From Minisyncoccota bacterium (GTDB taxonomy: Bacteria > Patescibacteriota > Minisyncoccia > Phycocordibacterales > UBA9973), in NCBI GenBank assembly GCA_041650615.1, contig JBAZKU010000001.1, positions 23,385 through 87,384 on the forward strand: a stretch of 64,000 bases of DNA, read 5' to 3'. The notes under the pieces are model-generated. The model was not told where the DNA came from, did not search any database, and worked only from the letters and a program-made list of their open reading frames with translations. Both the position numbers and the translations under genes were made by a program. Positions 1 through 8,163 of the stretch are shown here, piece after piece. Within the stretch, counting starts at the first letter, position 1, and the number at the start of each line of letters is the position of its first letter.

Positions 1-255
1 GAAAGCTGGTGCATATCCAAACACTTGCTCGGGACCACTATACGACTGATGGAAGTAGGCACCAAATTGCAAGGGGATGGCAAGACAGAAGAAGCAAAAC
101 AAATGTTTAGTTTCGCCTATAAAATTTTTAACTTATTTTTTGGACTCAGGTTAAAAATTATCAGTATACCGGAGATTAAAGGCACCTTAGAAAAAGAGAA
201 GCCAATGACCTATGACGATATTATGAGCAAGCTTGTTGATTGTTGTAAAGAATAA
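1..255 (+). CDS. hypothetical protein, 5'-truncated by the window edge (frame is open from position 1)
   Basis: Open frame from nt 1 to the stop at 255; the listed ORF starts at TTG; no recognisable motif. Confidence 0.3.
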   Translation, partial: ESWCISKHLLGTTIRLMEVGTKLQGDGKTEEAKQMFSFAYKIFNLFFGLRLKIISIPEIKGTLEKEKPMTYDDIMSKLVDCCKE

Positions 256-260
256 ATTTT

Positions 261-349
261 ATGAATCCCGTTAGAAATAATATAAATATTGAAAACGAGG
301 TATGGAAGTCTAGTATTATTAATTAATATAAATTTCTAACGGGATGAAT
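261..349 (+). repeat. start-codon-abutting bipartite inverted repeat, copy 1 (ATGAAT-CCCGTTAGAAAT ..53 nt.. ATTTCTAACGGG-ATGAAT)
   Basis: 12-bp inverted arms; the distal arm ends at the ATG of the thioredoxin-fold gene; direct ATGAAT duplicated on both sides. Confidence 0.8.
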
Positions 350-718
350 CAAAAAAATATTTTCTTTTTAATAATCGGTCTTCTGGTTTTAGGAGCAATT
401 GCGACTGTAATAATTCAATTAGGGGAGAAATCGGCGGTCATTTCTACAAAATATGACGCCTTTGCTCAATGTCTTGCGTCAAAAAAATTAACGATGTATG
501 GAGCTGTTTGGTGTTCTCATTGTCAGGCAGAAAAGGCGCGTTTTGGGGATTCTTTTAAATATGTGCCTTATGTTGAATGTTCCGAAAATCCAGATTTATG
601 TGTCGCAAAAGGCATAGAAAGTATTCCTACCTGGGTAAACGAAAAAGGAGAAAAATATGTGGGGGAACAAGGCTTAGAAAAATTATCGGAAATAAGCGGT
701 TGTGAATTACCTAAATAG
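344..718 (+). CDS. membrane-anchored thioredoxin-fold protein (CxxC)
   Basis: N-terminal TM helix then a W-C-S-H-C redox motif (YGAVWCSHCQ), typical of thioredoxin/DsbA-like domains; start codon abuts the repeat arm ATTTCTAACGGG. Confidence 0.6.
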   Translation: MNQKNIFFLIIGLLVLGAIATVIIQLGEKSAVISTKYDAFAQCLASKKLTMYGAVWCSHCQAEKARFGDSFKYVPYVECSENPDLCVAKGIESIPTWVNEKGEKYVGEQGLEKLSEISGCELPK

Positions 719-720
719 AT

Positions 721-1266
721 CTAAAAAGATTTGAAAGATATATGTTCATGTGAACCGTACATTTTACGATAGAAATCCAAATCTGGATTTATGTTTTTTG
801 AATTAAATACAACTTGATCCATTCCTTCCCATAGTAAGAACCAAGCTGCCGGCTCTAAGAAAACAACCAAAAATGACAAGAGTAAATTTTCAGTAGGATC
901 TTTGAAGATAATAAACGTAGCAATTATCATACAAATAATTCCCACTAGTATCATAGATATGCCTAATTTTAATACTTTACGTTTTTCTTTCATTAATAAA
1001 TAATAGTGTCTCTTAAAGTGTGCTGATAATCTTTCTTGGATTACTGTCTCGTGAGATATCTCTCTCTTTTTTTCTTCTACATATAATGCGAGTTCAATTT
1101 TATCGTCCTTACTATCACTCGTTGCTCTTTTAATTTCATCAAGAAAGTCGACAGAAAGTGCCCTTTTTGAATATGGCCTAATATCAAAGTCTGAAAAGAT
1201 ATCATCATATTGTTCAAGTCTTATACTAATCTCTGAAATTTCTATTGAAGAAGCTTTATTTTCCAT
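721..1266 (-). CDS. hypothetical membrane protein (cytoplasmic N-domain plus 2 TM helices)
   Basis: ORF with two hydrophobic segments; no recognisable catalytic motif. Confidence 0.35.
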   Translation of the reverse strand: MENKASSIEISEISIRLEQYDDIFSDFDIRPYSKRALSVDFLDEIKRATSDSKDDKIELALYVEEKKREISHETVIQERLSAHFKRHYYLLMKEKRKVLKLGISMILVGIICMIIATFIIFKDPTENLLLSFLVVFLEPAAWFLLWEGMDQVVFNSKNINPDLDFYRKMYGSHEHISFKSF

Positions 1267-1387
1267 AAGGTTATATTACAATAATTATAAAAAAAATGAA
1301 AGTACTTGCATTAAAGTGTTTAATTGATTATATACTGCCTTTTAAGTATAATAATAAGTATTAAGATTTAAATTTGAGATAAATTAG

Positions 1388-1768
1388 ATGGATTCTAAAG
1401 AAGAAATAAAAGCTTGGCATGAAGTTAAAGTCAAAAATAGGTTTTTAAACGCATTCAGAGGTATGTATGTTTTTTATAAGACTTCAAAACATTTTTACAT
1501 ACTGATATTCAGCACAATAACGGTAGTATTTTTGGGATTTTATTTAAAAGTTTCAAGTTTAGAATGGATTGCCCTGATTTTCTCCATCGGCTTTGTGGTA
1601 GTCTCAGAAATATTCAATACGGCCATAGAAGTAGATATAGATCTGACATCTCCCGCATATCATCCATTTGCTCGTGATACGAAAGATCTGGCTGCAGCCG
1701 CTGTTGTTTTTTCCATATTTACTGCGGCCATTGTCGGGCTTATTGTTTTTCTGCCTAAAATTTTTTAA
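1388..1768 (+). CDS. dgkA: diacylglycerol kinase / undecaprenol kinase family (DgkA-like)
   Basis: About 125 aa, 3 TM helices, and EIFNTAIEVDIDL resembling the DgkA E-x-x-N-[ST]-A-[IL]-E signature. Confidence 0.55.
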   Translation: MDSKEEIKAWHEVKVKNRFLNAFRGMYVFYKTSKHFYILIFSTITVVFLGFYLKVSSLEWIALIFSIGFVVVSEIFNTAIEVDIDLTSPAYHPFARDTKDLAAAAVVFSIFTAAIVGLIVFLPKIF

Positions 1769-1771
1769 TGG

Positions 1772-2482
1772 ATGGATAAGGCAATTTTAAAAGAAATTAA
1801 TTTACACAAAGATCCTTTAAAAGCAAAATTGCTTGCTGGATATTTTAAGACAGGAAAAGGGCAATATGGTTTTGGTGACGTTTTCTTAGGACTTACTGTT
1901 CCACTTTCACGTTCTATTGCTTCAAAATACAAAAATATTTCACTTCAAGAAATCAATTTTCTAATAAAAAATAAAGCACACGAGGTTAGACTTATAGCCT
2001 TGTTTATTTTAATGTATAAATATAAAAATGGGCCACAAAATGAAAAGAAAAAAATTGTAAAATTTTACCTGAAGAATACAAAATTTATAAACAATTGGGA
2101 CTTAGTGGATTTATCAGCGCATAAGATACTCGGCGATTATCTTTGTAATTTTTCCCCATCACCTGGTGATGGGGAAACTCTGTTAAAATTGGCCCGTTCA
2201 AAGAATTTGTGGGAGCAAAGAATGGCCATAATTTCCACTTTTGCATTTATAAGTAAAGGGAACATGGAATGGAGCATAAAAATTGCCAAAATGTTTTTGG
2301 GTCATGATCATGATCTTATCCACAAGGCCTCGGGTTGGGTATTACGGGAAGTGGGGAAAAAAGATATGAAAACCTTGCGTAAATTTCTGGAAAAAAATAT
2401 TTCCTGCATGCCTCGCACTATGCTTCGTTATGCGATAGAAAAGTTTCCGGAAAAAATTCGTAAGGAATACCTTAAAAAATAA
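1772..2482 (+). CDS. DNA alkylation repair enzyme (AlkD/AlkC-like HEAT-repeat glycosylase family)
   Basis: N-terminal AKLLAGYFKTGKGQYGFGDVFLGLTVP matches the conserved start of DNA alkylation repair proteins; size about 235 aa. Confidence 0.55.
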   Translation: MDKAILKEINLHKDPLKAKLLAGYFKTGKGQYGFGDVFLGLTVPLSRSIASKYKNISLQEINFLIKNKAHEVRLIALFILMYKYKNGPQNEKKKIVKFYLKNTKFINNWDLVDLSAHKILGDYLCNFSPSPGDGETLLKLARSKNLWEQRMAIISTFAFISKGNMEWSIKIAKMFLGHDHDLIHKASGWVLREVGKKDMKTLRKFLEKNISCMPRTMLRYAIEKFPEKIRKEYLKK

Positions 2483-3091
2483 ATGTTAACTTTCACCCCA
2501 AAAGAAAAAGCCCTAATGCAAAAATTAAATACACCAGCTAAGGTGCAAGATTTTTTGAATGTACTCAGATTTAATTTTGAGGAAGAGGAAAAAACATTAA
2601 AATCTCCAGTTGTGATTCTAAGAACAAAAAGTGCGCATTGTATTGAAGGAGCTATTTTAGGTGCATATATACTTTCCTTACATGGTTTTCTGCCGCTTAT
2701 ATTGCATTTGCAGGCGACAAAAGAAGATTTTGACCATGTTATTTCTCCATTTAAAATTAACGGTCTCTGGGGTGCATTGTCCAAAACCAATCATGCGGTA
2801 TTACGATATCGTGAACCGATTTATAAAAATATCCGAGAATTGGCAATGTCTTATTTCCATGAATATTTTTTAGATAATGGTAGAAAAACCTTGCGAAGAT
2901 ATTCTAAACCCCTTAATTTAAATGTGTTTGAGAAAAGTTGGATATTGGAAGAGGGTGACTTATGGGGAATAGATGAAGAATTAGACAAAATAAAGCATTA
3001 CAATATCATCCCTAAATCTCACATTAAAAAACTCCGAAAAGCGGATAAAGTAGAAATAAAAGCCGGAAAAATTACAGAATATAAGAAATAG
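2483..3091 (+). CDS. hypothetical protein (possible Cys/His hydrolase-like)
   Basis: ORF immediately following the upstream gene; a conserved-looking Cys (SAHCIEGAILG); no firm family assignment. Confidence 0.3.
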   Translation: MLTFTPKEKALMQKLNTPAKVQDFLNVLRFNFEEEEKTLKSPVVILRTKSAHCIEGAILGAYILSLHGFLPLILHLQATKEDFDHVISPFKINGLWGALSKTNHAVLRYREPIYKNIRELAMSYFHEYFLDNGRKTLRRYSKPLNLNVFEKSWILEEGDLWGIDEELDKIKHYNIIPKSHIKKLRKADKVEIKAGKITEYKK

Positions 3092-3093
3092 GA

Positions 3094-4716
3094 TTAGAAA
3101 ATGCTAAAAATTTTCTCTAAAAATCTCACAAACCAGTTCCTTTTTGGAGTTTCGGTGTTTGTAGGGGGTTGGGAAAGATCAATAGCGTTTATGACTGCCG
3201 CAGCGTTTTGGTTTGCAAGGCTTTCTAGACTTGCTGTTTGTTTTATTTGTGTATCCTTTTTTGCTGTTTGTTTTGTTAACTTTTTTTCTATTTTAAGAGG
3301 GACTGGTTCCTCTTTTATTTTCTCAAATTTTTGCATTATTTGATTCCAAGTTTTTCCAGAAAGCGCCGTTACTGTATAAGCGGTTCCCCAAATTTTATTT
3401 TGTATAATGTCATCTCTTATTCCTCCATCAGGATCTTGATTGAAAGCCAAATAATCAAGGGGAGTATTTCCATTTCTTATCCAATCTTCTGGTTTTTCAT
3501 TCAACCCAAGTATGCCTTCCATCGCCCAAGCAGTAGAAGAAACATTATCCCAACCGCCATTGTCTTTTTGATTTTGTTTTAGAAACTCTTTAGCCTTTGC
3601 TAAGCTTTCTCCTATACCTGAGGTAGAAGAAAAAGCTGAAAGTGCTTCTATCCCGGCCCCAGTCATATCCACATTACTATCCCAAGAGCCGTCTTCTTTT
3701 TGTTTGCTTAAAATAAAAGCTATATCATCGGCTATCATTTTTTCGCTGGAAAGGAATCCGGCATTTTGTAAGACAATCAAAGCAAAAATATCGTCATTGT
3801 CTTCATTAATATCACCAAATTGCTTTCCATCAAAACTGTCAGTTATTTTTTTAATATAATTTTCACCGTTTGTATTATATGGATTGAGTCCTAGGGACAT
3901 CAAAGCCATCGCATGTCTTTCATAATCCGTCAAAAGCGTACCTGTATTTTTATTTTTAAATAAATACTCTATGAGCTTTATCTTTTGGTCTTGGTAATCT
4001 AAAGTTGTTGCCAGTGAAACAGCAATCCAGTCTGTATAAAGATTTTCATCGAAAGAACCATTTTCTTTTTGCTGTGAAATTATGAATTCAAAAGCCTTCT
4101 TTAAGTCAAAAATCGGTTTTATCGGATCCTTGACAATATATGATCCTCCCTTTTTACTACTTGCACTGCTTTCTTGCACTGGTGGAATTTCAGGTTCAGG
4201 TATCGGGTCAATCGGGTCAATGGGGTCTATAAAATTTAATAAAATTAAATCATTGGGTTGTAATTCATACTGATTTAAACCTGTAGTCCCATCAGTCCCA
4301 TTTAAAGACCAGCTCCAATAGTGATAGACGTCATTATTATCCTTATCTTTGGTCGTATAACCGGCTATATTATTTAAGGAATTTAAAAAAGCACCAGGAG
4401 CCCAACTCCAATTCCAATCGCTTGGAATTCCTGACTGTAAAATAGCGCAATAGGGTGTTGTTTTTAAATCCGAAGTGGCTGCATTATCATTATTACATGC
4501 ATTAACATTTATATCTTGATTAAATATTGAATCAGTTTTGTCAGTTATAGTTAAATGAATAGCAATCGGTTCTGGGGTAAGGGGAGTAATATCTTCGGTA
4601 ATTTCGGTAATTATCGGGGGATCTGTCACCCCAATTTCTTCTTCAGCGCGGACTATTCCAACGATTGAGGCTAATAAAATTAATACTATAAGCAGAATCT
4701 TTTTTATATTTTTCAT
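3094..4716 (-). CDS. secreted alpha/alpha-toroid repeat protein (prenyltransferase/squalene-cyclase-like Q-x-x-D-G-[GS]-[WF] repeats) with PIDPIDP linker
   Basis: Signal peptide MKNIKKILLIVLILLASIVGIVRA; four repeats QKENGSFD / QKEDGSWD / QKDNGGWD / QDPDGGIRD as in terpenoid-cyclase/prenyltransferase alpha6-alpha6 barrels; lies downstream of the DUF4430 gene in the same operon. Confidence 0.5.
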   Translation of the reverse strand: MKNIKKILLIVLILLASIVGIVRAEEEIGVTDPPIITEITEDITPLTPEPIAIHLTITDKTDSIFNQDINVNACNNDNAATSDLKTTPYCAILQSGIPSDWNWSWAPGAFLNSLNNIAGYTTKDKDNNDVYHYWSWSLNGTDGTTGLNQYELQPNDLILLNFIDPIDPIDPIPEPEIPPVQESSASSKKGGSYIVKDPIKPIFDLKKAFEFIISQQKENGSFDENLYTDWIAVSLATTLDYQDQKIKLIEYLFKNKNTGTLLTDYERHAMALMSLGLNPYNTNGENYIKKITDSFDGKQFGDINEDNDDIFALIVLQNAGFLSSEKMIADDIAFILSKQKEDGSWDSNVDMTGAGIEALSAFSSTSGIGESLAKAKEFLKQNQKDNGGWDNVSSTAWAMEGILGLNEKPEDWIRNGNTPLDYLAFNQDPDGGIRDDIIQNKIWGTAYTVTALSGKTWNQIMQKFEKIKEEPVPLKIEKKLTKQTAKKDTQIKQTASLESLANQNAAAVINAIDLSQPPTNTETPKRNWFVRFLEKIFSIF

Positions 4717-4734
4717 AATTGTTTAAGTTAATTT

Positions 4735-5181
4735 TTAATTCACGCTATCTTCATATTTCCAAATTACAATATCTCCCGGAATCATTTGATAATTTGAGAC
4801 TCCAATTGTTGCTTTTTTGTCATTTACATAATAAATCCAATTTTTGTCCCCGTTATTCTTTACTCCGTTTATCTCTTCAATAAATTTTCCCATCCCAGAA
4901 TAAACCTTGTCCTTAAAACTTATTTTCTTTTCCTTTTGCAGCTGTATCATGAAGTCATAGACATTTTCTTTCTCCGTTATTGATGTTTCCAACTTTTCCC
5001 CATTAATTTGGAGAAATGCTCGGTTTGTTTTTTCTATCTTAGTTGAAGAAAGAGAAGGAGGGGAAACAGAATTTGTACTCCAGCTAACATCTTTTGTAAA
5101 AACAAAAATTGAAAAGAAAAAAAGCGAGATAATAAAACCCAACCATATTATTTTTTTATTATTTTTCTTTATAGTTTCCAT
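4735..5181 (-). CDS. DUF4430 domain protein (transcobalamin/intrinsic-factor beta-domain-like), membrane-anchored
   Basis: N-terminal TM helix; C-terminal YSGMGKFIEEINGV...WIYYVND...GVSNYQMIPGDIVIWKY pattern typical of DUF4430; a cobalamin-riboswitch-like leader lies upstream. Confidence 0.5.
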   Translation of the reverse strand: METIKKNNKKIIWLGFIISLFFFSIFVFTKDVSWSTNSVSPPSLSSTKIEKTNRAFLQINGEKLETSITEKENVYDFMIQLQKEKKISFKDKVYSGMGKFIEEINGVKNNGDKNWIYYVNDKKATIGVSNYQMIPGDIVIWKYEDSVN

Positions 5182-5249
5182 CCCAGTACTAAAATTTTAT
5201 TAATAACTTTTATCTTTATGTCCCATAATCAAAAATTTAGTACGGGACA

Positions 5250-5440
5250 GGTAAAACGAAAAAAATTCTGCTCAAGCAGAATTTTGGGGCCTTCAAAAAG
5301 AAGAAGGGATATCCTGCTCGGGAAAATTAAAATGATTGATAATCGGACTTGTCTCTGACGATTATGTCAGAGCTTACCGTAGCGGCACTGTACTGGAATC
5401 TAACCAGTTTCCTCAATCATTTCTTACAATTTTTTAACGA
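5250..5440 (-). promoter_or_regulatory. candidate cobalamin (B12) riboswitch with intrinsic terminator, leader of the DUF4430/toroid operon
   Basis: The minus strand reads GGAAACTGGTTAGATTCCAGTACAGTGCCGCTACGGTAAG. This matches the cobalamin-riboswitch core GGGAA..GGTGaaAaTCC..CgGtCCCGCcACtGTaa. It is followed by the hairpin ATTCTGCTTGAGCAGAAT plus a T-run, then the start codon at 5181. Confidence 0.55.
5258..5284 (-). terminator. rho-independent terminator (expression platform of the riboswitch)
   Basis: 7-bp stem ATTCTGC/GCAGAAT followed by TTTTTTT on the minus strand. Confidence 0.5.
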
Positions 5441-5530
5441 ACCCCTTAATTTTATGCTTTCTTAATTATCTGTCAATTTTTACTGTGGATAAAGGAAATA
5501 TATTATTACAAAGAAAGGGTAAAAAATCAC

Positions 5531-5558
5531 TTGCCAAATAAAAAAATATGAATATAAT
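5531..5558 (+). promoter_or_regulatory. putative sigma70-type promoter for htrA (TTGCCA-N16-TATAAT)
   Basis: Hexamers seen by eye about 30 nt upstream of the ATG at 5589; AT-rich context makes this tentative. Confidence 0.3.
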
Positions 5559-5588
5559 TTTTTATTATTAGTAATTTTTTCAAGGCAT

Positions 5589-6902
5589 ATGCAAGAGTTA
5601 GATATCATAAAAATTATAAAAAAGACACTTTTAAATAAAAACTTTATTTATGTCTTTTTGATTAGTTTAGTTTCCTTAATTATTATTTTAGCTATTGTTT
5701 TTGGATTTGTTTGGCATTATCGTGCAAATGTTTTTGATTATTTTGCCAAAGAGTATTTACAAGAGGTACAAAATCCGAATAATGATTTAGGAAGTGACAG
5801 TAAATCAACCGCCGAAAAAATTATAGAAAAACAATCTATTTTTTCACAAGAATCTTTTGTGGTTAATGCCGTTAAAAAAACAAATCCAGCCGTTGTTTCT
5901 ATTATTATCAGCAAAAACGTTCCAAAATACGAAGCTTATATTGATCCGAACCAGCAACAAAATCCATTTGGTGATTTATTCCCCGATTTTTTCTTTAATA
6001 TTCCGCAATATCGCCAAAATGGCACGGAGAAAAAAGATATCGGTGGAGGTTCCGGATTTTTTGTATCAAGTGATGGGCTAATCGTTACCAATAAGCATGT
6101 TGTTGATCAAACAGGCGTTGAATATACGGTCTTTACAAATGACGGGAAAAAACATACGGCGAAGATAGTAGCCAAAGATCCGGTTTTAGATATCGCCCTT
6201 TTAAAAGTTGATGGTTCCAATTTCCCGTATTTAACACTAGGCAATTCCGATTCTCTACAGATTGGACAAAGTGTTATTGCTATAGGCAATGCCTTAGGAG
6301 AGTTTAGAAATACGGTTTCTGTTGGAGTAATTTCCGGCCTTGCTCGTTCCATAACAGCGGGGGACAGTCTTTCCGGTAGTATGGAAACCTTAGACCATGT
6401 CATTCAAACAGATGCAGCCATTAATCCTGGAAATTCAGGCGGGCCCTTGCTTGATTTGTCTGGAAATGTGGTTGGTGTCAATGTTGCCATAGCACAAGAT
6501 TCGCAAAATGTCGCTTTTGCTCTTCCAATAAATAGTGTTAAAAGTGCGGTTGAGTCCGTAAAAACCACCGGCAAAATAGTAAGACCATATTTGGGTATCA
6601 GATATGTTACTATAAACGCCGAAATGAAAGAAAAAAATAATTTATCAGTAGATTATGGCGTACTTGTCAAAGCGGGGCAAAATCAAAATGAACTGGCTGT
6701 TATCCCGGGTTCTCCAGCCGATAAAGCAGGAATAGTGGAAAATGACATAATTCTTGAAGTGAGTGGAGTGAAGTTAGATGATGAAACCTCTTTGGCTTCT
6801 CTTGTTAGAAAAAAAAATATTGGCGATATAATTACTTTAAAAATTCTCCATAAAGGGGCCGAAAAAACTGTTCAAGTAACCCTGGAAGCAGCCAAAGATT
6901 AA
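5589..6902 (+). CDS. htrA: HtrA/DegP-family serine protease with C-terminal PDZ domain
   Basis: N-terminal TM helix; catalytic-region motifs TNKHVV, DIALLK and GNSGGPL; PDZ-like GSPADKAGIVENDIILEVSG. Confidence 0.8.
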   Translation: MQELDIIKIIKKTLLNKNFIYVFLISLVSLIIILAIVFGFVWHYRANVFDYFAKEYLQEVQNPNNDLGSDSKSTAEKIIEKQSIFSQESFVVNAVKKTNPAVVSIIISKNVPKYEAYIDPNQQQNPFGDLFPDFFFNIPQYRQNGTEKKDIGGGSGFFVSSDGLIVTNKHVVDQTGVEYTVFTNDGKKHTAKIVAKDPVLDIALLKVDGSNFPYLTLGNSDSLQIGQSVIAIGNALGEFRNTVSVGVISGLARSITAGDSLSGSMETLDHVIQTDAAINPGNSGGPLLDLSGNVVGVNVAIAQDSQNVAFALPINSVKSAVESVKTTGKIVRPYLGIRYVTINAEMKEKNNLSVDYGVLVKAGQNQNELAVIPGSPADKAGIVENDIILEVSGVKLDDETSLASLVRKKNIGDIITLKILHKGAEKTVQVTLEAAKD

Positions 6903-6905
6903 ATC

Positions 6906-8066
6906 CTATCGTTGCTCCCTCACCACATCTTTAAGCCGTAGGGCAACAAAAAGTCCGGCAAATGATACTGTGCCTAATACAAAGAAGAGATATTCAAAAG
7001 ATGGAACAAGAAAAAGAACAAAAACAGCTGAAAGTGGAGCAATAATATAAGAAACAGAAGGAGCATTACGGAAAAAACTGATTTCGTCAGCATCCTTTTC
7101 ACTTACAATTTTAAAAAAGTAGCTTTCATTCATAGTTTCTATTGTAGCAGCACCCACGCGTGTGATAAAAAGCAATAAAGCCCATACCCAAAGTATGGAT
7201 TCTGAAATAAAAGGAATTGCTAAAACAGACGATGTCATAATTAAGAAGCCTGCAATAAGCATTTCTTTCTCCCCGATTTTGTCTGAGAATTTGCCTAAAG
7301 GAAAATTCAATATAACAAATGGAATGAGCATTATAGAAAAAATAATGCCTATTTTATCCCAACCGAAACCCATATATTCATGTAAATATATAGGCGTATA
7401 AATCACCATCCAAGAATAAAAAAAATGTAGAATGAAATTGCTCAAATATATCTTTGAAAGATGCCTATTTTTTATAAAAGATTTGATTGTTTTTAATATT
7501 GAACCCCTTTTATATTCCGGGTCTTTGAAATCACGCAAAAATAAAACAAAAATAGACATTACTAGAACCATGAATCCTGCACCTAAAAGATAAATTCCCA
7601 TAAAAGAACTTTTATTAATAATTGAACCGGAAATTAGTTGAGCAACAACCCAAGCAAAATTTATAACCATCAAAAAAAATCCTCGCAAGGCTCCCACAGA
7701 AGAATTTCTAGAAAAATCTTCAATAAAAATATCCAATGAAGCAATAATAAAGTAAATTGACAAGAAATAAAGAATAAAGGCGGGGATTATAATAAAAACG
7801 CTGTTTCCAAAGGCAAGTAAAATAAACGATAAGAACATTAACAAACAAGATAGGAGAATTGTTAAACGATTCCCCAGACGAGTCAGAATTTTAGGCATTC
7901 TTAATAAACCTCCAATAGTTACGATAGAAGCGGCTACGTAAATAATACCTACATAGTTTTTTCCAACGTAAGTTTCTAGAAAACTTGAATTTATATAAGA
8001 AACGAGGGCCATCGGTATGGAAAATAAAAAAGTAGCTAAATATATTATTTTTCTATTATGTTTCAT
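6906..8066 (-). CDS. MFS-type transporter (about 12 TM helices)
   Basis: Polytopic hydrophobic ORF. The start is taken as the ATG immediately after the ATCTCTAACGGG repeat arm (MKHNRK...); the six-frame track starts 18 nt upstream at 8084. Confidence 0.5.
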   Translation of the reverse strand: MKHNRKIIYLATFLFSIPMALVSYINSSFLETYVGKNYVGIIYVAASIVTIGGLLRMPKILTRLGNRLTILLSCLLMFLSFILLAFGNSVFIIIPAFILYFLSIYFIIASLDIFIEDFSRNSSVGALRGFFLMVINFAWVVAQLISGSIINKSSFMGIYLLGAGFMVLVMSIFVLFLRDFKDPEYKRGSILKTIKSFIKNRHLSKIYLSNFILHFFYSWMVIYTPIYLHEYMGFGWDKIGIIFSIMLIPFVILNFPLGKFSDKIGEKEMLIAGFLIMTSSVLAIPFISESILWVWALLLFITRVGAATIETMNESYFFKIVSEKDADEISFFRNAPSVSYIIAPLSAVFVLFLVPSFEYLFFVLGTVSFAGLFVALRLKDVVREQR

Positions 8067-8150
8067 CCCGTTAGAGATTTCCATGAATTATTATTAATAG
8101 TTAATTTTATTTTTTAAGTTTTTTCCGTTATCTCTAACGGGATTTCATCT
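8061..8150 (-). repeat. start-codon-abutting bipartite inverted repeat, copy 2 (minus orientation, serves the MFS gene)
   Basis: The minus strand reads ATGAAA-TCCCGTTAGAGAT, a 51-nt spacer, then ATCTCTAACGGG-ATGAAACAT. Confidence 0.8.
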
Positions 8151-8163
8151 CCATAATAATTTT

